A DNA stretch of 64,000 nucleotides from Candidatus Spongiisociaceae bacterium (GTDB lineage Bacteria; Actinomycetota; Acidimicrobiia; Spongiisociales; Spongiisociaceae): the NCBI GenBank assembly GCA_965202665.1, contig OZ241841.1, forward strand, positions 1,856,001 through 1,920,000, given 5' to 3'. The stretch's first letter is position 1, and every line of letters begins with the position of its first letter. Positions 40,285 to 49,943 of this stretch are shown here, piece by piece. The position numbers and the translations under genes are program-made. The notes beneath the pieces were generated by a model. The model was not told the DNA's origin. It saw only the letters and a program-made list of their open reading frames with translations, and searched no databases.

Positions 40285-41346
40285 TTGAGGGAAACCGCCA
40301 CTTTGGGCGAGGCTTTGTCGACCGCCCGGACGGCTGCCGGGTTGACGCAGGAGCAGTTGGCGAAGCAGGCGGAGGTTACGCAGGCGGCTTTGTCGCGTTA
40401 TGAGAATGACCAACGCCAGCCGGATACTGAAACTTTGGAAAGATTGGCGGGGGCGTTGGGGGTGACCGGCGGGTTGTTGGAGCGGGCGGCTCGGGTGAGG
40501 GGCGGGTTGGCTTTGGACGCCCATGCGCGGCGGCGGGCCTCGGCCCCGGTGCGGGCGTGGAAAAGCGCGGAGGCGCGGCTTAACATCTTGCGCATTCAGA
40601 TGCACCGATTGCTGGCCATGATCGACTTGGAAATACCCAACGCGCTCTTGGGGCTGGATCCGCTGGACCACGCGCCGGACGCGGCCGCCCGGCTGACGCG
40701 GGCGCAGTGGGGGATGGCGATGGGGCCGGTGCGGGGGGTAACCGGTTGGATGGAGTCGGCGGGATGCGTTGTTTTGGAATGGGATTTCCGCACTCCCCGC
40801 ATAGACGCCGTATCCCAATGGGTGGACGAGTATCCGGTGGTGATGATCAACTCGCTTCTGCCCACCGACCGCAAGCGGCTCACCCTGGCCCACGAGTTGG
40901 GTCACTTGGTGATTCATGGGGATCCGGTTCATTTGTCTTCCGAAGTGGAACAGGAGGCGATGGATTACGCGGCCGAGTTTCTGATGCCCGCCCATGTGAT
41001 ACGCCCCGACCTGCGCAATCTGTCGCTGGGGAAGATCAGCGATTTGAAACGTTATTGGATGGTTTCCATGGCCGCCCTGGTGGAACGGGCCCATAGCCTG
41101 CGGACCATTACCGACGCTAGACGCATCTCCCTCTACAAGGCGTTGAGCGCCCGGGGGTGGCGCAAGCGGGAACCGCTCAGCGAGCAACTTCCCCCCGAGC
41201 AATCCTCCATCCCCGCCCTGATCGTCCAAGAGTTGTACAAGCTCCGTTACACCGCCGAGGAGATCGCCGACTTCGGCGGGTTCGCCGATGCGGAACGGGC
41301 GGCGCGGGTTCTGCCCCTGCAACGGGGGTTGCGGGTAATCCGGTAA
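40285..41346 (+). CDS. XRE-family HTH fused to ImmA/IrrE metallopeptidase
   Basis: GLTQEQLA..VTQAALSRYE; RKRLTLAHELGHL; E.EA..YAAEFLMP. Confidence 0.92.
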   Translation: MRETATLGEALSTARTAAGLTQEQLAKQAEVTQAALSRYENDQRQPDTETLERLAGALGVTGGLLERAARVRGGLALDAHARRRASAPVRAWKSAEARLNILRIQMHRLLAMIDLEIPNALLGLDPLDHAPDAAARLTRAQWGMAMGPVRGVTGWMESAGCVVLEWDFRTPRIDAVSQWVDEYPVVMINSLLPTDRKRLTLAHELGHLVIHGDPVHLSSEVEQEAMDYAAEFLMPAHVIRPDLRNLSLGKISDLKRYWMVSMAALVERAHSLRTITDARRISLYKALSARGWRKREPLSEQLPPEQSSIPALIVQELYKLRYTAEEIADFGGFADAERAARVLPLQRGLRVIR

Positions 41347-41379
41347 ATCCGGCGCGGCGCCGGTTATGATACGGGGGCT

Positions 41380-42210
41380 ATGTTGCGCAGCCTTCTGTAC
41401 GTCCCCGCCGACCAACCGCAGATGCTGGCCAAAGCCGGCGAGCGGGGGGCCGACCTGGTGTTGATCGATTTGGAGGGTCCGGCGGCGGACAAGCAGGAAG
41501 CCCGCCGTCAGGCGGTGGCCGCCATCATCAAGTTGAAAGGGCAGGGGGCGGCGGTGGGCGTGCGGGTCAACAGCCAGCCCGGCGAGCTGGAGGACGACCT
41601 GTCCGCCTTGGCCACCTTGGAGTATTTGGAGGGGGCGGGGGTGGGGCTGGACATCGCCTGCGTACCCCAAGCCAACCTGGCGGCCATCGAGCATATGGGA
41701 GGGGCCCTGGCGGAGACGGGTTTGGCGGCCCTCATCGAAACCGGCCGGGGGTTGCTGGACGCCCCCATCCTGGCCGCCCATCCGCGGGTGGTCAGGCTGG
41801 CCATCGGGGAAGCCCACTTGACGGCCGATCTGGGAATGTCCGACCCGGAGGAGAACGACTGGTCCCCGGCCCGTTCCCAGTTGGTTTGGGCGTCGGCGGC
41901 GGCGGGCCTCCCCGGGCCGATCGGCCCCGCCTACCCCGACATCGCCGATCTGGAAGGGCTGGCCCGCTCCACCGCCCGGCTGGCCGCCCAGGGTTTTACG
42001 GGCCGGGCCGCCGTTCATCCCTCCCAGGTGCCGGTCATCAACCGGGTTTTCACCCCCACCGCCGACCAACTGGCGGCCGCCCGCCGCTTGGTGGAGGATT
42101 ACGATTCGGCGGCGGAGGACGGCCGGGGGGTGGTCACCGATGAACAGGGGAGAATCGTAAACCTGGCGGTGGTGCGCCGCTGGCGCCGCCTGCTCTCCGG
42201 GTCCGAATAA
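41380..42210 (+). CDS. CitE/HpcH-family CoA-ester lyase
   Basis: RSLLYVP, DLE, VRVN, LIET, G..GR.AVHPSQ. Confidence 0.85.
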   Translation: MLRSLLYVPADQPQMLAKAGERGADLVLIDLEGPAADKQEARRQAVAAIIKLKGQGAAVGVRVNSQPGELEDDLSALATLEYLEGAGVGLDIACVPQANLAAIEHMGGALAETGLAALIETGRGLLDAPILAAHPRVVRLAIGEAHLTADLGMSDPEENDWSPARSQLVWASAAAGLPGPIGPAYPDIADLEGLARSTARLAAQGFTGRAAVHPSQVPVINRVFTPTADQLAAARRLVEDYDSAAEDGRGVVTDEQGRIVNLAVVRRWRRLLSGSE

Positions 42211-42233
42211 ACGTAAGCGAAACCGGAGGGGGG

Positions 42234-42992
42234 TCAGGGGGTGCGGCGGCGGAGGCGGACGCGGTAGGTGTAGCGCTGGGGATGGAAGTGGCTGATGGCC
42301 AGTTCGATGGGGATTTGGTCTTCGTCCAGGTAGAGGCGGTCCACATGCAGGACCGGCTGGCCGGGTTCGATGTTGATGTGGCCGGCGATTGCGTCCGGGG
42401 CGGGGGCGGCGGTCAGGCTCATGTCGGCCTGGGCGGCCCGGCGGCCCGCCGCCCGCTCGATGGCGCCGATGACCGTGATTTCGCTGGCCGCCCCTCGTTT
42501 TGCCAACTCCGGCATCTCCGACAGGACGGCGCCGATTTCCATCGGCACGTGGATGGTGGTGACGCAGAACGGAACCCCCTCGTGCAGGCGCCTGATCACC
42601 CCGGTGGACACCAGGTCGGTGTCCTGTTGCAGGCACCGGGCCACCCCGATGTCCACCGTGCGGCGGAAGGGGTACAGCACCTCCATCGTGGTGTCGATGG
42701 ACAAGGCCAGGATTTCCTCCACCGACCCGAAATGGCGCATGTAGCGCCGGTGGTAGGGAGTGGCGAAAGTCCCTTTGCCGGGCACCCGGTACACCAGTCC
42801 CTCCGACACCAGATCCTGGTAGGCGCGGCGCACCGTCTGCCGGCTCACCCGGTATTGGACGGCCAGTTCCGCTTCGGTGGGGAGCCGTTCGCCTTCCGGG
42901 AACTCCCCGGACAGGATGGAGTCGGCCAAGGCCCGGGCCAGCTGGGTGTAGGCGCTGTCCGGTTTGGGGTCGGCGACCGCGGCGGAGGGCAT
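42234..42992 (-). CDS. GntR (HutC/UTRA) transcriptional regulator
   Basis: RLPTEAELA.YRVSRQTVRRA..L..EGLV..PGKGTF plus C-terminal UTRA-like domain. Confidence 0.93.
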   Translation of the reverse strand: MPSAAVADPKPDSAYTQLARALADSILSGEFPEGERLPTEAELAVQYRVSRQTVRRAYQDLVSEGLVYRVPGKGTFATPYHRRYMRHFGSVEEILALSIDTTMEVLYPFRRTVDIGVARCLQQDTDLVSTGVIRRLHEGVPFCVTTIHVPMEIGAVLSEMPELAKRGAASEITVIGAIERAAGRRAAQADMSLTAAPAPDAIAGHINIEPGQPVLHVDRLYLDEDQIPIELAISHFHPQRYTYRVRLRRRTP

Positions 42993-42999
42993 TTCCCGC

Positions 43000-43299
43000 T
43001 TACCCCCCGGCCGGTTCCAAAAGTTCCATCAACATCACCGTCCGCTCGGCCAGCAAGGGCCGGATATGTTGCACGCCCAAGCCGTTGAAATGATCGGAGG
43101 CGACATGGGCGTCGAAGGCGGCTTGGTCCTCGTACTGTTCGTAGAGGACGAAGACGGCCGGGTCGTCGTTGGAGCGGTGGGCGTTGAAAGTGACGCACCC
43201 CGGCTCGGCCCGGGTCAACCCGATGTATTCCCGGAGCAACTCCGCCGCTTTTTCTTCGTTGCCCTCCGCCACATGGTAGGTGGCCAGCACGTTGATCAT
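43000..43299 (-). CDS. Antibiotic biosynthesis monooxygenase (ABM) family protein
   Basis: TRAEPGC, FVLYEQY, AFDAHVASDHF. Confidence 0.88.
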   Translation of the reverse strand: MINVLATYHVAEGNEEKAAELLREYIGLTRAEPGCVTFNAHRSNDDPAVFVLYEQYEDQAAFDAHVASDHFNGLGVQHIRPLLAERTVMLMELLEPAGG

Positions 43300-43339
43300 C
43301 GTTATTCCTTTCCGTTGGTTGGTTCCGGTTCTGCCCGGT

Positions 43340-43747
43340 TCACATTCCGGCGAAGCCGATTTCCCGCAGTTGGCGGCGGGCTTCGTCGGACACTTCGTCC
43401 GGCGTCCACGGCGGTTCGAACACCCATTCCACCGCGATGTCGTCCAGCACCCCGCCCCCCACCAGGGCGGTGCGCATCTGATCTTCGAACACCCGGTTGA
43501 GCGGGCAGAACCGGTTGGTCAAAGTCATCTGCAACTCCGCCCGCCGCCCCCGCACCCGGATGCCGCGGATGAAACCCAGGTCCACGATGTTGATTCCCAG
43601 GTCGGGGTCGATCACCACCCGCAACGACTCCCGGATCCGTTCCGCGGTCTCCGCCGCCCGCGGGTCGTCCGCGGCGGGGGGCGGGGACTCCTCCGGCGGG
43701 CGGGCGGCGCCGATCGCAACCGGCTGGGCGGGGAGGGGCGGTTTCAC
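43340..43747 (-). CDS. SufT/PaaD (DUF59) metal-sulfur cluster assembly factor
   Basis: VIDPDLGINIVDLG, MTLT..CP, FEPPWTP; GTGA overlap. Confidence 0.9.
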   Translation of the reverse strand: MKPPLPAQPVAIGAARPPEESPPPAADDPRAAETAERIRESLRVVIDPDLGINIVDLGFIRGIRVRGRRAELQMTLTNRFCPLNRVFEDQMRTALVGGGVLDDIAVEWVFEPPWTPDEVSDEARRQLREIGFAGM

Positions 43748-44187
43748 AGCGGGTTCCCTTTTGACGCAACCCGTCCGTTGCCCGCCGGGCTGGAAAGAAA
43801 GGCGTCGGCGGCGGGGGGCGGGGCGGCGACCGTAAAATCTATGGCGACGCCGGTGGTGCGGGTGGTGATCCAGTCGGCTATCCTGTGCGCCATCCGCCGC
43901 AGGCGGGTGATGACTTCCCCGTCCCCCACTTCCCAACCGGCCACCGTCAGATGATGGGGGCCGATCCCCAGCCGCCGGGCTTCGGCCAACCCCTGCTCGA
44001 ACACCCGGGCCAGCTGGGCGCAGGCCGTCCCCGGCCGGAACTTCACCGCCCGGTAGGCTTCGGCGGCGGTCATGCCGACCAGGCGGGCCAGGATGCGCCG
44101 GGCCTTCTCCTGCTCCACCCGCACGTTGTCTTTGCGGGCGGTCACCGTCTCCGGCAACGGAAACTCGGGCCGGGCGGGGGAGGTCAC
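43744..44187 (-). CDS. Ribosomal protein uL22-like paralogue
   Basis: TARKDNVRVEQEKARRILARLVGMTAAEAYRAVKFRP...LTVAGWEVGDGEVITRLRRMAHRIADWITTRTT is colinear with the uL22 consensus; GTGA overlaps on both sides. Confidence 0.75.
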   Translation of the reverse strand: MTSPARPEFPLPETVTARKDNVRVEQEKARRILARLVGMTAAEAYRAVKFRPGTACAQLARVFEQGLAEARRLGIGPHHLTVAGWEVGDGEVITRLRRMAHRIADWITTRTTGVAIDFTVAAPPPAADAFLSSPAGNGRVASKGNPL

Positions 44188-45422
44188 GCCCCCGCCCCCG
44201 CCAGGGCCGCCCGGCGCAGATCCAGGTCGGCGTCCTCCACCATCTCCCGGGTGACCGGCGCCCCGGCCGCCATCAGCTTGCGGGCGGCCAGAATGTCCCG
44301 GGGCCGGTCCACGGTCAGGGCGGCCCGGATGCGCCCCTCCTGCAACTGGAAGGCGGTGAACCGGCGTTCCTCCAGCGACCCCCGGATGAGGTACGGGGCC
44401 TGCGGGTCGAACAGGCCCTGCGACTGGATGGTGTGGTTGTACTGGTCCGACCAGAACCAGTGCGGGATGGGCTCCGGGTTGTCCAAGCCCAGCATTCCCC
44501 GGGCGGCGGCCGCTCCCTGGCGGGCGGCAGTGTCGTGATGCTCCACCCTCCGGTATTCCCCGGTTTCCGGCTGGTATTGGGCGGCGACGTCCCCGGCCGC
44601 AAAAATGTTGCGGACGACGGTGCGGCAGTCCCCGTCCACTTGGATCCCCCCGGCGGCGGGAATGGGGGAGCCGGCTGCCGCCTCCGTGTTGGGAATCATC
44701 CCGGCCGCCGCCACCAGCAGGCCGCATTCCACCGTTCCCCGGTCGGTTTCCACCAGCAGGCCGTCCGATGTTTCGGCCAGGCCGGTGACCCGCTCCCGCA
44801 GGCGCAGTTCCACACCCCGTTCCCGGTGGATGTCGGACACCACCCGCCCCAAACGGGGGCCGAGCGGGATCCGCAGGCAGGAGTCCAGCATTTCGATGAT
44901 GGTCGCCTCCCTCCCCAAAGCGCGGGCGGAGGCGGCTGTTTCGCATCCGATGAAACCGCCGCCCAGCACCGCCATCCGCCCCCCGCCCAAAGCGGCCAGC
45001 CGCTCCCGCAGGGCGGCGGAGTCCTCCAAGGTGCGCAGGTAAAACACCCGTTCCCCTTCCAAACCGGGGAGGCGGCGGGCCCGGCCCCCGGTAGCGATGA
45101 GCAGGGCGTCGTAGGACAGCCGCCCCCCGTCCTCCAAGACCGTTTGGCTAGCCGCGGCGTCAACGGAGGCGGCCCGGGTTTCCAACAGCAACTCCACCTC
45201 GTTTTCCCCGTACCAGGCGGCGGGCCGCAACCGGCAGTCGGGGGCCCGCCCGGGGGCGGTCAGGGCTTCTTTGGACAGGGGAGGCCGCTCATAGGGCGGC
45301 TCCGACTCGTCGGAAACCAAAATGATCCGCCCCTCGTACCCTTCGCTCCGCAAGGCGGAGGCGGCCGAGACGGAAGCTATTCCGCCCCCCAGCAATATTA
45401 TGGTTTGGGGGAAGCCGGGCAC
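44184..45422 (-). CDS. FAD/NADH ferredoxin reductase (glutathione-reductase type)
   Basis: GGGIA, PYERPPLSK, ATG, GGGFIGCE, IFAAGD, PHWFWSDQY. Confidence 0.93.
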   Translation of the reverse strand: MPGFPQTIILLGGGIASVSAASALRSEGYEGRIILVSDESEPPYERPPLSKEALTAPGRAPDCRLRPAAWYGENEVELLLETRAASVDAAASQTVLEDGGRLSYDALLIATGGRARRLPGLEGERVFYLRTLEDSAALRERLAALGGGRMAVLGGGFIGCETAASARALGREATIIEMLDSCLRIPLGPRLGRVVSDIHRERGVELRLRERVTGLAETSDGLLVETDRGTVECGLLVAAAGMIPNTEAAAGSPIPAAGGIQVDGDCRTVVRNIFAAGDVAAQYQPETGEYRRVEHHDTAARQGAAAARGMLGLDNPEPIPHWFWSDQYNHTIQSQGLFDPQAPYLIRGSLEERRFTAFQLQEGRIRAALTVDRPRDILAARKLMAAGAPVTREMVEDADLDLRRAALAGAGA

Positions 45423-45423
45423 C

Positions 45424-45750
45424 TCAGCCGGGCGGGGCCACGCAGATGGCGCCCTCCTCCACCCGGCAGGGAACCGGGCTCAGGGAGCTGTCGGCCGGGT
45501 TAATGCCCTCCCCGCTCAGGGCGTTGAACTCCCACATATGGTTGACGCAGGTCAGGACGTCGCCCTCCAAGTCGCCGTCCGACAGGGGCCATTCCTGATG
45601 CGGGCAACGGTCCTTGTAGGCCCGCACCTCCCCGTCCACGTTGACCAGCACCACTTTGACCGGGCCCGCCTCCACGCCCACCATGTCGCCCTCCCACAGG
45701 TCGTCCAGGTCGTAAACCTTCCGCCACGGCCCCCCGCCGTCGCCGGTCAT
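45424..45750 (-). CDS. Rieske [2Fe-2S] ferredoxin (TmoC-like)
   Basis: RCPHQ...LTCVNHMWEF..SG.GINP. Confidence 0.92.
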   Translation of the reverse strand: MTGDGGGPWRKVYDLDDLWEGDMVGVEAGPVKVVLVNVDGEVRAYKDRCPHQEWPLSDGDLEGDVLTCVNHMWEFNALSGEGINPADSSLSPVPCRVEEGAICVAPPG

Positions 45751-45764
45751 CGCCGTCCGCCCGG

Positions 45765-46802
45765 TCAGTTGGAGGCGGTTGCCGGTTCGCCCAAACCGGC
45801 CGCTTCCAAGCCGGCGTTGCGGGCGGCGGCCGCCTCGGCGGCCACCCCCTCCGGGCTGATCCCGCCCGCCGGGGCCCCGGCCAACAGCCCTCCCAGGGCC
45901 AAAGCGGCCGCGTCGGCCCGCGGGGCCCATTTGCCTATCCACCGGCGGTAGGCGTCGGCGTTGTCCGGCCGTTGCTCCACCGTCAGGCGGGCCAGGGCGC
46001 CGCACCAGCGGGCCCGGCGTTCCACGTCTTCATGCAGGTTTTCGCACAGGAGCCAGGTCAGGTCGTCGCCGTTGGCCCGGGCCGCCTCCCCCAAAGCGCG
46101 GATCAGCACATCGTCCAAAGTTGGGGCGATCACCAGGTTGGCGGCGGTGAACGACTCCCCCCAGTCGTAGGCGATCAGGGCCAGTTCCAAGGCTTCCCGG
46201 GCCGGTTGCCATGCGGGATGGTTTTCCCAAATATCCCGTTCCCCGACGGCGAAGCCTTTCTCCGGGAAGGCGATCTGCAACTCGCGGGTTCGGTAGGAGA
46301 CGTTGGTCACCCGCCGCAACTGGTCGGCGGCGGACAGGGCGGCCGCGTTGCTGATGTACGCGGAATGCCCCAGATGGCAGATGTAGGCCTGCAGCATCTG
46401 CAGGGCGTGGGCCGGGAACCGGGTAGGGGTGAAAACGGTGCGCAAAATTTCCCGCCATCCCCCGGACAGGTTTTGGTCGTGGTTGACGCCGGCGTAGGAG
46501 TCGAACAGCCCGGCCATGGCTTTCTCCCGGGCCGACTGTTGCGCCACGTAAGCCCGGTAGGTGAGCTGGTCGGGATCCCGGAAGTCCTCCCAGTCGTCGA
46601 TCTGCACCGGGGAGTTGTCCCGGTAGGCCAGAAACCACAGGTTGCCCGGCGAGGACGGGTTCTGCTCCAAAGCCGCCTTGCGATCCTTGCGGATGGTGTA
46701 GTTGGCGGCGTGGGCGCCGATCTCGTACTCGGTGGGGCGGCGCCGGGTTTCTCCGAACTCGCTCCAAGTGCGGAGTTTGCGGGGTTGCGGTTGGTCGGTC
46801 AT
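45765..46802 (-). CDS. SDIMO hydroxylase beta subunit (TmoE-like)
   Basis: RTWS...RRRPTEYE, FRDPDQLTYRAY, WQPAREALE.AL.AYDWGE. Confidence 0.92.
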   Translation of the reverse strand: MTDQPQPRKLRTWSEFGETRRRPTEYEIGAHAANYTIRKDRKAALEQNPSSPGNLWFLAYRDNSPVQIDDWEDFRDPDQLTYRAYVAQQSAREKAMAGLFDSYAGVNHDQNLSGGWREILRTVFTPTRFPAHALQMLQAYICHLGHSAYISNAAALSAADQLRRVTNVSYRTRELQIAFPEKGFAVGERDIWENHPAWQPAREALELALIAYDWGESFTAANLVIAPTLDDVLIRALGEAARANGDDLTWLLCENLHEDVERRARWCGALARLTVEQRPDNADAYRRWIGKWAPRADAAALALGGLLAGAPAGGISPEGVAAEAAAARNAGLEAAGLGEPATASN

Positions 46803-46834
46803 AAGGCCTGCCTTTCTCCCGGATTCCCCCGGGC

Positions 46835-47137
46835 TCAGCCGCTTTCGGTGGCTCCGCCCAGCGACCAGGTGATCTGCTCGGCGCTGGAAGTGTCGATTCG
46901 CCCCGCGTTGGCGGACAGGTGGTTTTCCAGCGAAGGCAACTCGAATTCGGGTCCCAGGTGCCGCCGCAGGGAAGCGACGGTCACTTTCATGAATGAGGGG
47001 GCCTGGATGCGGACGTAGGCCCCCCGGTCGATCACCTCGATGTCCACGCCCGGGTTGTCGTCTTCGATGGCGCTCACCACCCGCTCCACCGGGGCGCCCA
47101 TGCGCAGAATCGGGCCAACGGGGTTTTCCATCGCCAT
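46835..47137 (-). CDS. SDIMO effector protein (MmoB/DmpM/TmoD family)
   Basis: NPVGPILR, AIEDDNP, DRGAYVRI, LG..F.L..LE..LS..AGRI. Confidence 0.92.
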   Translation of the reverse strand: MAMENPVGPILRMGAPVERVVSAIEDDNPGVDIEVIDRGAYVRIQAPSFMKVTVASLRRHLGPEFELPSLENHLSANAGRIDTSSAEQITWSLGGATESG

Positions 47138-47142
47138 CCTCC

Positions 47143-47451
47143 TCAGTCTTCGTCCGCGTAGTCCACCCGCACATGGTCCAGGGGGGCGATCCCCGCCTCG
47201 GCCACGGTCAGGTCGTCGTCCAGCAACCGGTTGTTGTGGTACACCACTTTGCGGGCGTCGCGGGCCCGCACCCGGGAGGTGGCGTGATGCTCCACCGCCC
47301 CCGCCAACTCGGCGATGGTCTGGTTGGACATCACCGGGATCAGCAACTCCACGAAGTCATCGTGGAAGATGGCGTTCAACGGAACCAGTTGCGGCTCCGG
47401 GGCGTCCCCGGGCTCCGGGGCCGCTTCCGGGGCGGCGCCGTTGTCGCTCAT
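47143..47451 (-). CDS. SDIMO hydroxylase gamma subunit (TmoB-like)
   Basis: PLNAIFHDDFV.LLIPV, A.H...RV, TVAEAGIAPLD; ATGA overlap with alpha subunit. Confidence 0.88.
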   Translation of the reverse strand: MSDNGAAPEAAPEPGDAPEPQLVPLNAIFHDDFVELLIPVMSNQTIAELAGAVEHHATSRVRARDARKVVYHNNRLLDDDLTVAEAGIAPLDHVRVDYADED

Positions 47452-48956
47452 ACCGCCGCCCCCGCCATCGCCGGTTCGGCCATCGGATAGGTTTTGGTCC
47501 ATTCGTAGCCGCCGGCGTCGTCCCCGAAGACATCGGGGGTGAGGCCCATGTAGCCCAAAATTCCCGGTACGTCCATCGGCTGGATCTCCCCGGCCAGGAA
47601 CCGTTCCACCACCGTCTTGTTGTTGAGGGCGTCCCGGTCCTCCCACCAAATCTGCCGGCATCCTTTGGTGCAGAAATGGTAGGTCACCCCGTTGTGCTTG
47701 AGCGAGAAGTTGCGCACCCGCCATTTGCCGTCCCTCCCGTAGGTGGCGTTGCAGGTGGGGAGCATGCAGTAGTTGCACAGCCAGGGCAGGGTTTCGGGCA
47801 GGGCCCGCTCCATTTTGCCGTTGTTGACGTTTTCGGCGATCACCCGCCACTTGTCGCCGTAGAGGGTGTCCCAGTTGGGATACTTTTCCATCAGCCACTC
47901 GCGGGATTCGGCGTCCACCCCCACCGGTTTCCACCACAAAGTGGGCCGCCAGAACCATTCGCCCATCTGCAGGGAATGGTGCCACACGTCCAGTCCCTCC
48001 ATGAACTCATCCCAGTACCAGGGTTTTTTCAGCCCGTAGTCCTGAATGGTGCGCACGAACTGGTCGATGATCCACTCTTCCATGAACTCCCGGTAGCTCT
48101 GCTTGCGGTGCTCCACCGGGGTGTTGTAGTCCATGGAGGGGCCGGTCAGGGCGGAGAAAGCGCGGGCGGACAGCCAGAAGAACTTGTCCACCGTCCACTG
48201 CGCCCGCACCGGGTCGTGCTCCACCAGGATCTCCAGAGTGGGCCCGCCCTGCTGGGAGTGGCGGGCCTCGTCGGTCTGGATGGAGGAGATCATGTTGGCG
48301 AAGTTGACGTCCCCCACCTCCAAGGCGTCGGCCGCCAACGCCACGAACTGGATGTTGGTGAAGCCGGTTTCGAAGGTGAACGGGAGCTGGATGGCGATGT
48401 CCACCACGCTGCCCCCGATCATCATGTTGTCGATCAGGGCCCGCAGGGCGATGCTCACCCAGTCGTTGGTGAGCAGGGCCCGGTGCGCCCAGTCGAACTG
48501 CGGATCGTCGGCCACCATTTCGTGTCCCACCGACAGGCTGAGCTGCCCGTGCCGGATTTCATCCAAGATGCCCATGACGGCCATGTTGCGCCAGGCGGGG
48601 CTGAGGCCGAAGCGGGCCATGCGGCTTTCCCCGTACACGGCCGCGTATTCCACCAAGGCGATGCCCCCCAGGTGCATTTTCACCGAGGACTTCCACGCTT
48701 CGGACAGGCCGTCGAACTGGTTGGAGCGCCGCAGGGCGTTTTTCACCGCGTAGGCGGACACCTCTTTTTCGTTCTGGGTGGCCACGTATTCGGGGTAGGC
48801 GACCTTGTAGCTCTCCTCCCACTTGGACCAAGCCTCGCGGGGGACTTTGCCGCTGCCGCTCAGCCAGTCCGGGTAGACGGCCTCATCGTCCACGTAGCGC
48901 AACGTCCAGTCGACATCACGGACGATGCCCTGCCATTCGTCTCGTTTCAACGTCAC
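47448..48956 (-). CDS. SDIMO hydroxylase alpha subunit (TmoA-like)
   Basis: LKRDEW..RD.DW, diiron motifs DEIRH and DEARH, FETGFTN.QF, C-terminal YHFC (YHS-like). Confidence 0.95.
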   Translation of the reverse strand: MTLKRDEWQGIVRDVDWTLRYVDDEAVYPDWLSGSGKVPREAWSKWEESYKVAYPEYVATQNEKEVSAYAVKNALRRSNQFDGLSEAWKSSVKMHLGGIALVEYAAVYGESRMARFGLSPAWRNMAVMGILDEIRHGQLSLSVGHEMVADDPQFDWAHRALLTNDWVSIALRALIDNMMIGGSVVDIAIQLPFTFETGFTNIQFVALAADALEVGDVNFANMISSIQTDEARHSQQGGPTLEILVEHDPVRAQWTVDKFFWLSARAFSALTGPSMDYNTPVEHRKQSYREFMEEWIIDQFVRTIQDYGLKKPWYWDEFMEGLDVWHHSLQMGEWFWRPTLWWKPVGVDAESREWLMEKYPNWDTLYGDKWRVIAENVNNGKMERALPETLPWLCNYCMLPTCNATYGRDGKWRVRNFSLKHNGVTYHFCTKGCRQIWWEDRDALNNKTVVERFLAGEIQPMDVPGILGYMGLTPDVFGDDAGGYEWTKTYPMAEPAMAGAAV

Positions 48957-48969
48957 AGTCGGACTCCTT

Positions 48970-49434
48970 TCAGTCGACTTCCATATGGCCCAGTTGACGA
49001 TAGATCCCGGCGTTGTCCCAGTAGGCGGTGATGCTTTCGATCTTGTCGTCCCCGTTCACATCGAAGATGAAAACGTGCGGCTCCCAGTATTTGCAACCGG
49101 TGGGCGCGATCGGCCCCCAGGCTTTCTCCTGGGTGCCCCCCACGCTGACCACCGCCGCCACCTGTCCTTCTTCGGAGGCGGTGATGGAATGCACTTCGTT
49201 GGACAGGTCGGGGAAAGAGTTGATCAGCCCCTCCCACATCGGCCGGCCCAAAGTGGCTACTTTGCCGTCCCCCCGGATCACCCGCTGCTTGCCCCAGATC
49301 TCCACCGGGACGTAGGAGAAGTCGGCGGTGTCGGTGCACAACTCCACCATCCCGAGGGTGTCGTGGCTGCGGTAGGCGTCGAAGAAGTCCTCCACCACTC
49401 CCGCCGCTCCGGTTCTTTCCATGGTTGCGGTCAT
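48970..49434 (-). CDS. NTF2/SnoaL-like protein
   Basis: VVEDFFDAY, SFPDL, GGTQ, KIESITAYWD. Confidence 0.8.
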   Translation of the reverse strand: MTATMERTGAAGVVEDFFDAYRSHDTLGMVELCTDTADFSYVPVEIWGKQRVIRGDGKVATLGRPMWEGLINSFPDLSNEVHSITASEEGQVAAVVSVGGTQEKAWGPIAPTGCKYWEPHVFIFDVNGDDKIESITAYWDNAGIYRQLGHMEVD

Positions 49435-49481
49435 CGTCTTTCGCCTTTCCCTCGCCTTACGTACTTTCCGATATCGGGTTT

Positions 49482-49901
49482 TCAAACTATGGATACGCTG
49501 TCCAGCCGTTTTACGGCCAGCCGCCGATAGAGGATGTTCTGATCCCAGAACCCTTTGATGGAGGTGATGCGGCCGTCGCCGGTGCCCAGCAGCCACGCCT
49601 GGTCCAAGTCCAAGTGTTTCTCCTGGTTGACCACCCCCAAATAGTCGGCGGCCTGCGTGCCTTCCATTTTCAGCTGGGTGACCACCGTGCCGTCGGAGCC
49701 CGTGAAACTGGATTTCTCGGTGAGGAGCAGGTCGGGGAAGGCAGTCGTCGTTTCGTCGAAGAAGGCCCGGGCTTCCGCCTTGCCCCCGCTCACCCCCGCC
49801 GGGGCTATGTCCGCAACGGCCCCCTCGTCTACTTCGGCGAAGGCCCGCTCCACATCGCGGTCGCGGATGGCGTTCCAGAATCTTGCGACTGTCTCCGACA
49901 A
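49482..49901 (-). CDS. SnoaL/ester-cyclase-like NTF2 protein
   Basis: VARFWNA, AFPDL, GTQ, GRITSIKGFWD..L.R.L. Confidence 0.8.
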   Translation of the reverse strand: MSETVARFWNAIRDRDVERAFAEVDEGAVADIAPAGVSGGKAEARAFFDETTTAFPDLLLTEKSSFTGSDGTVVTQLKMEGTQAADYLGVVNQEKHLDLDQAWLLGTGDGRITSIKGFWDQNILYRRLAVKRLDSVSIV

Positions 49902-49943
49902 CTTGTCAACCTCCTCCCGGGTCGGGAACCCTCCAATTTCTCC

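Noticed and set aside
40285-41346. XRE-ImmA gene as a prophage or ICE marker
   Set aside because: It stands alone among housekeeping genes with no phage or mobility neighbours
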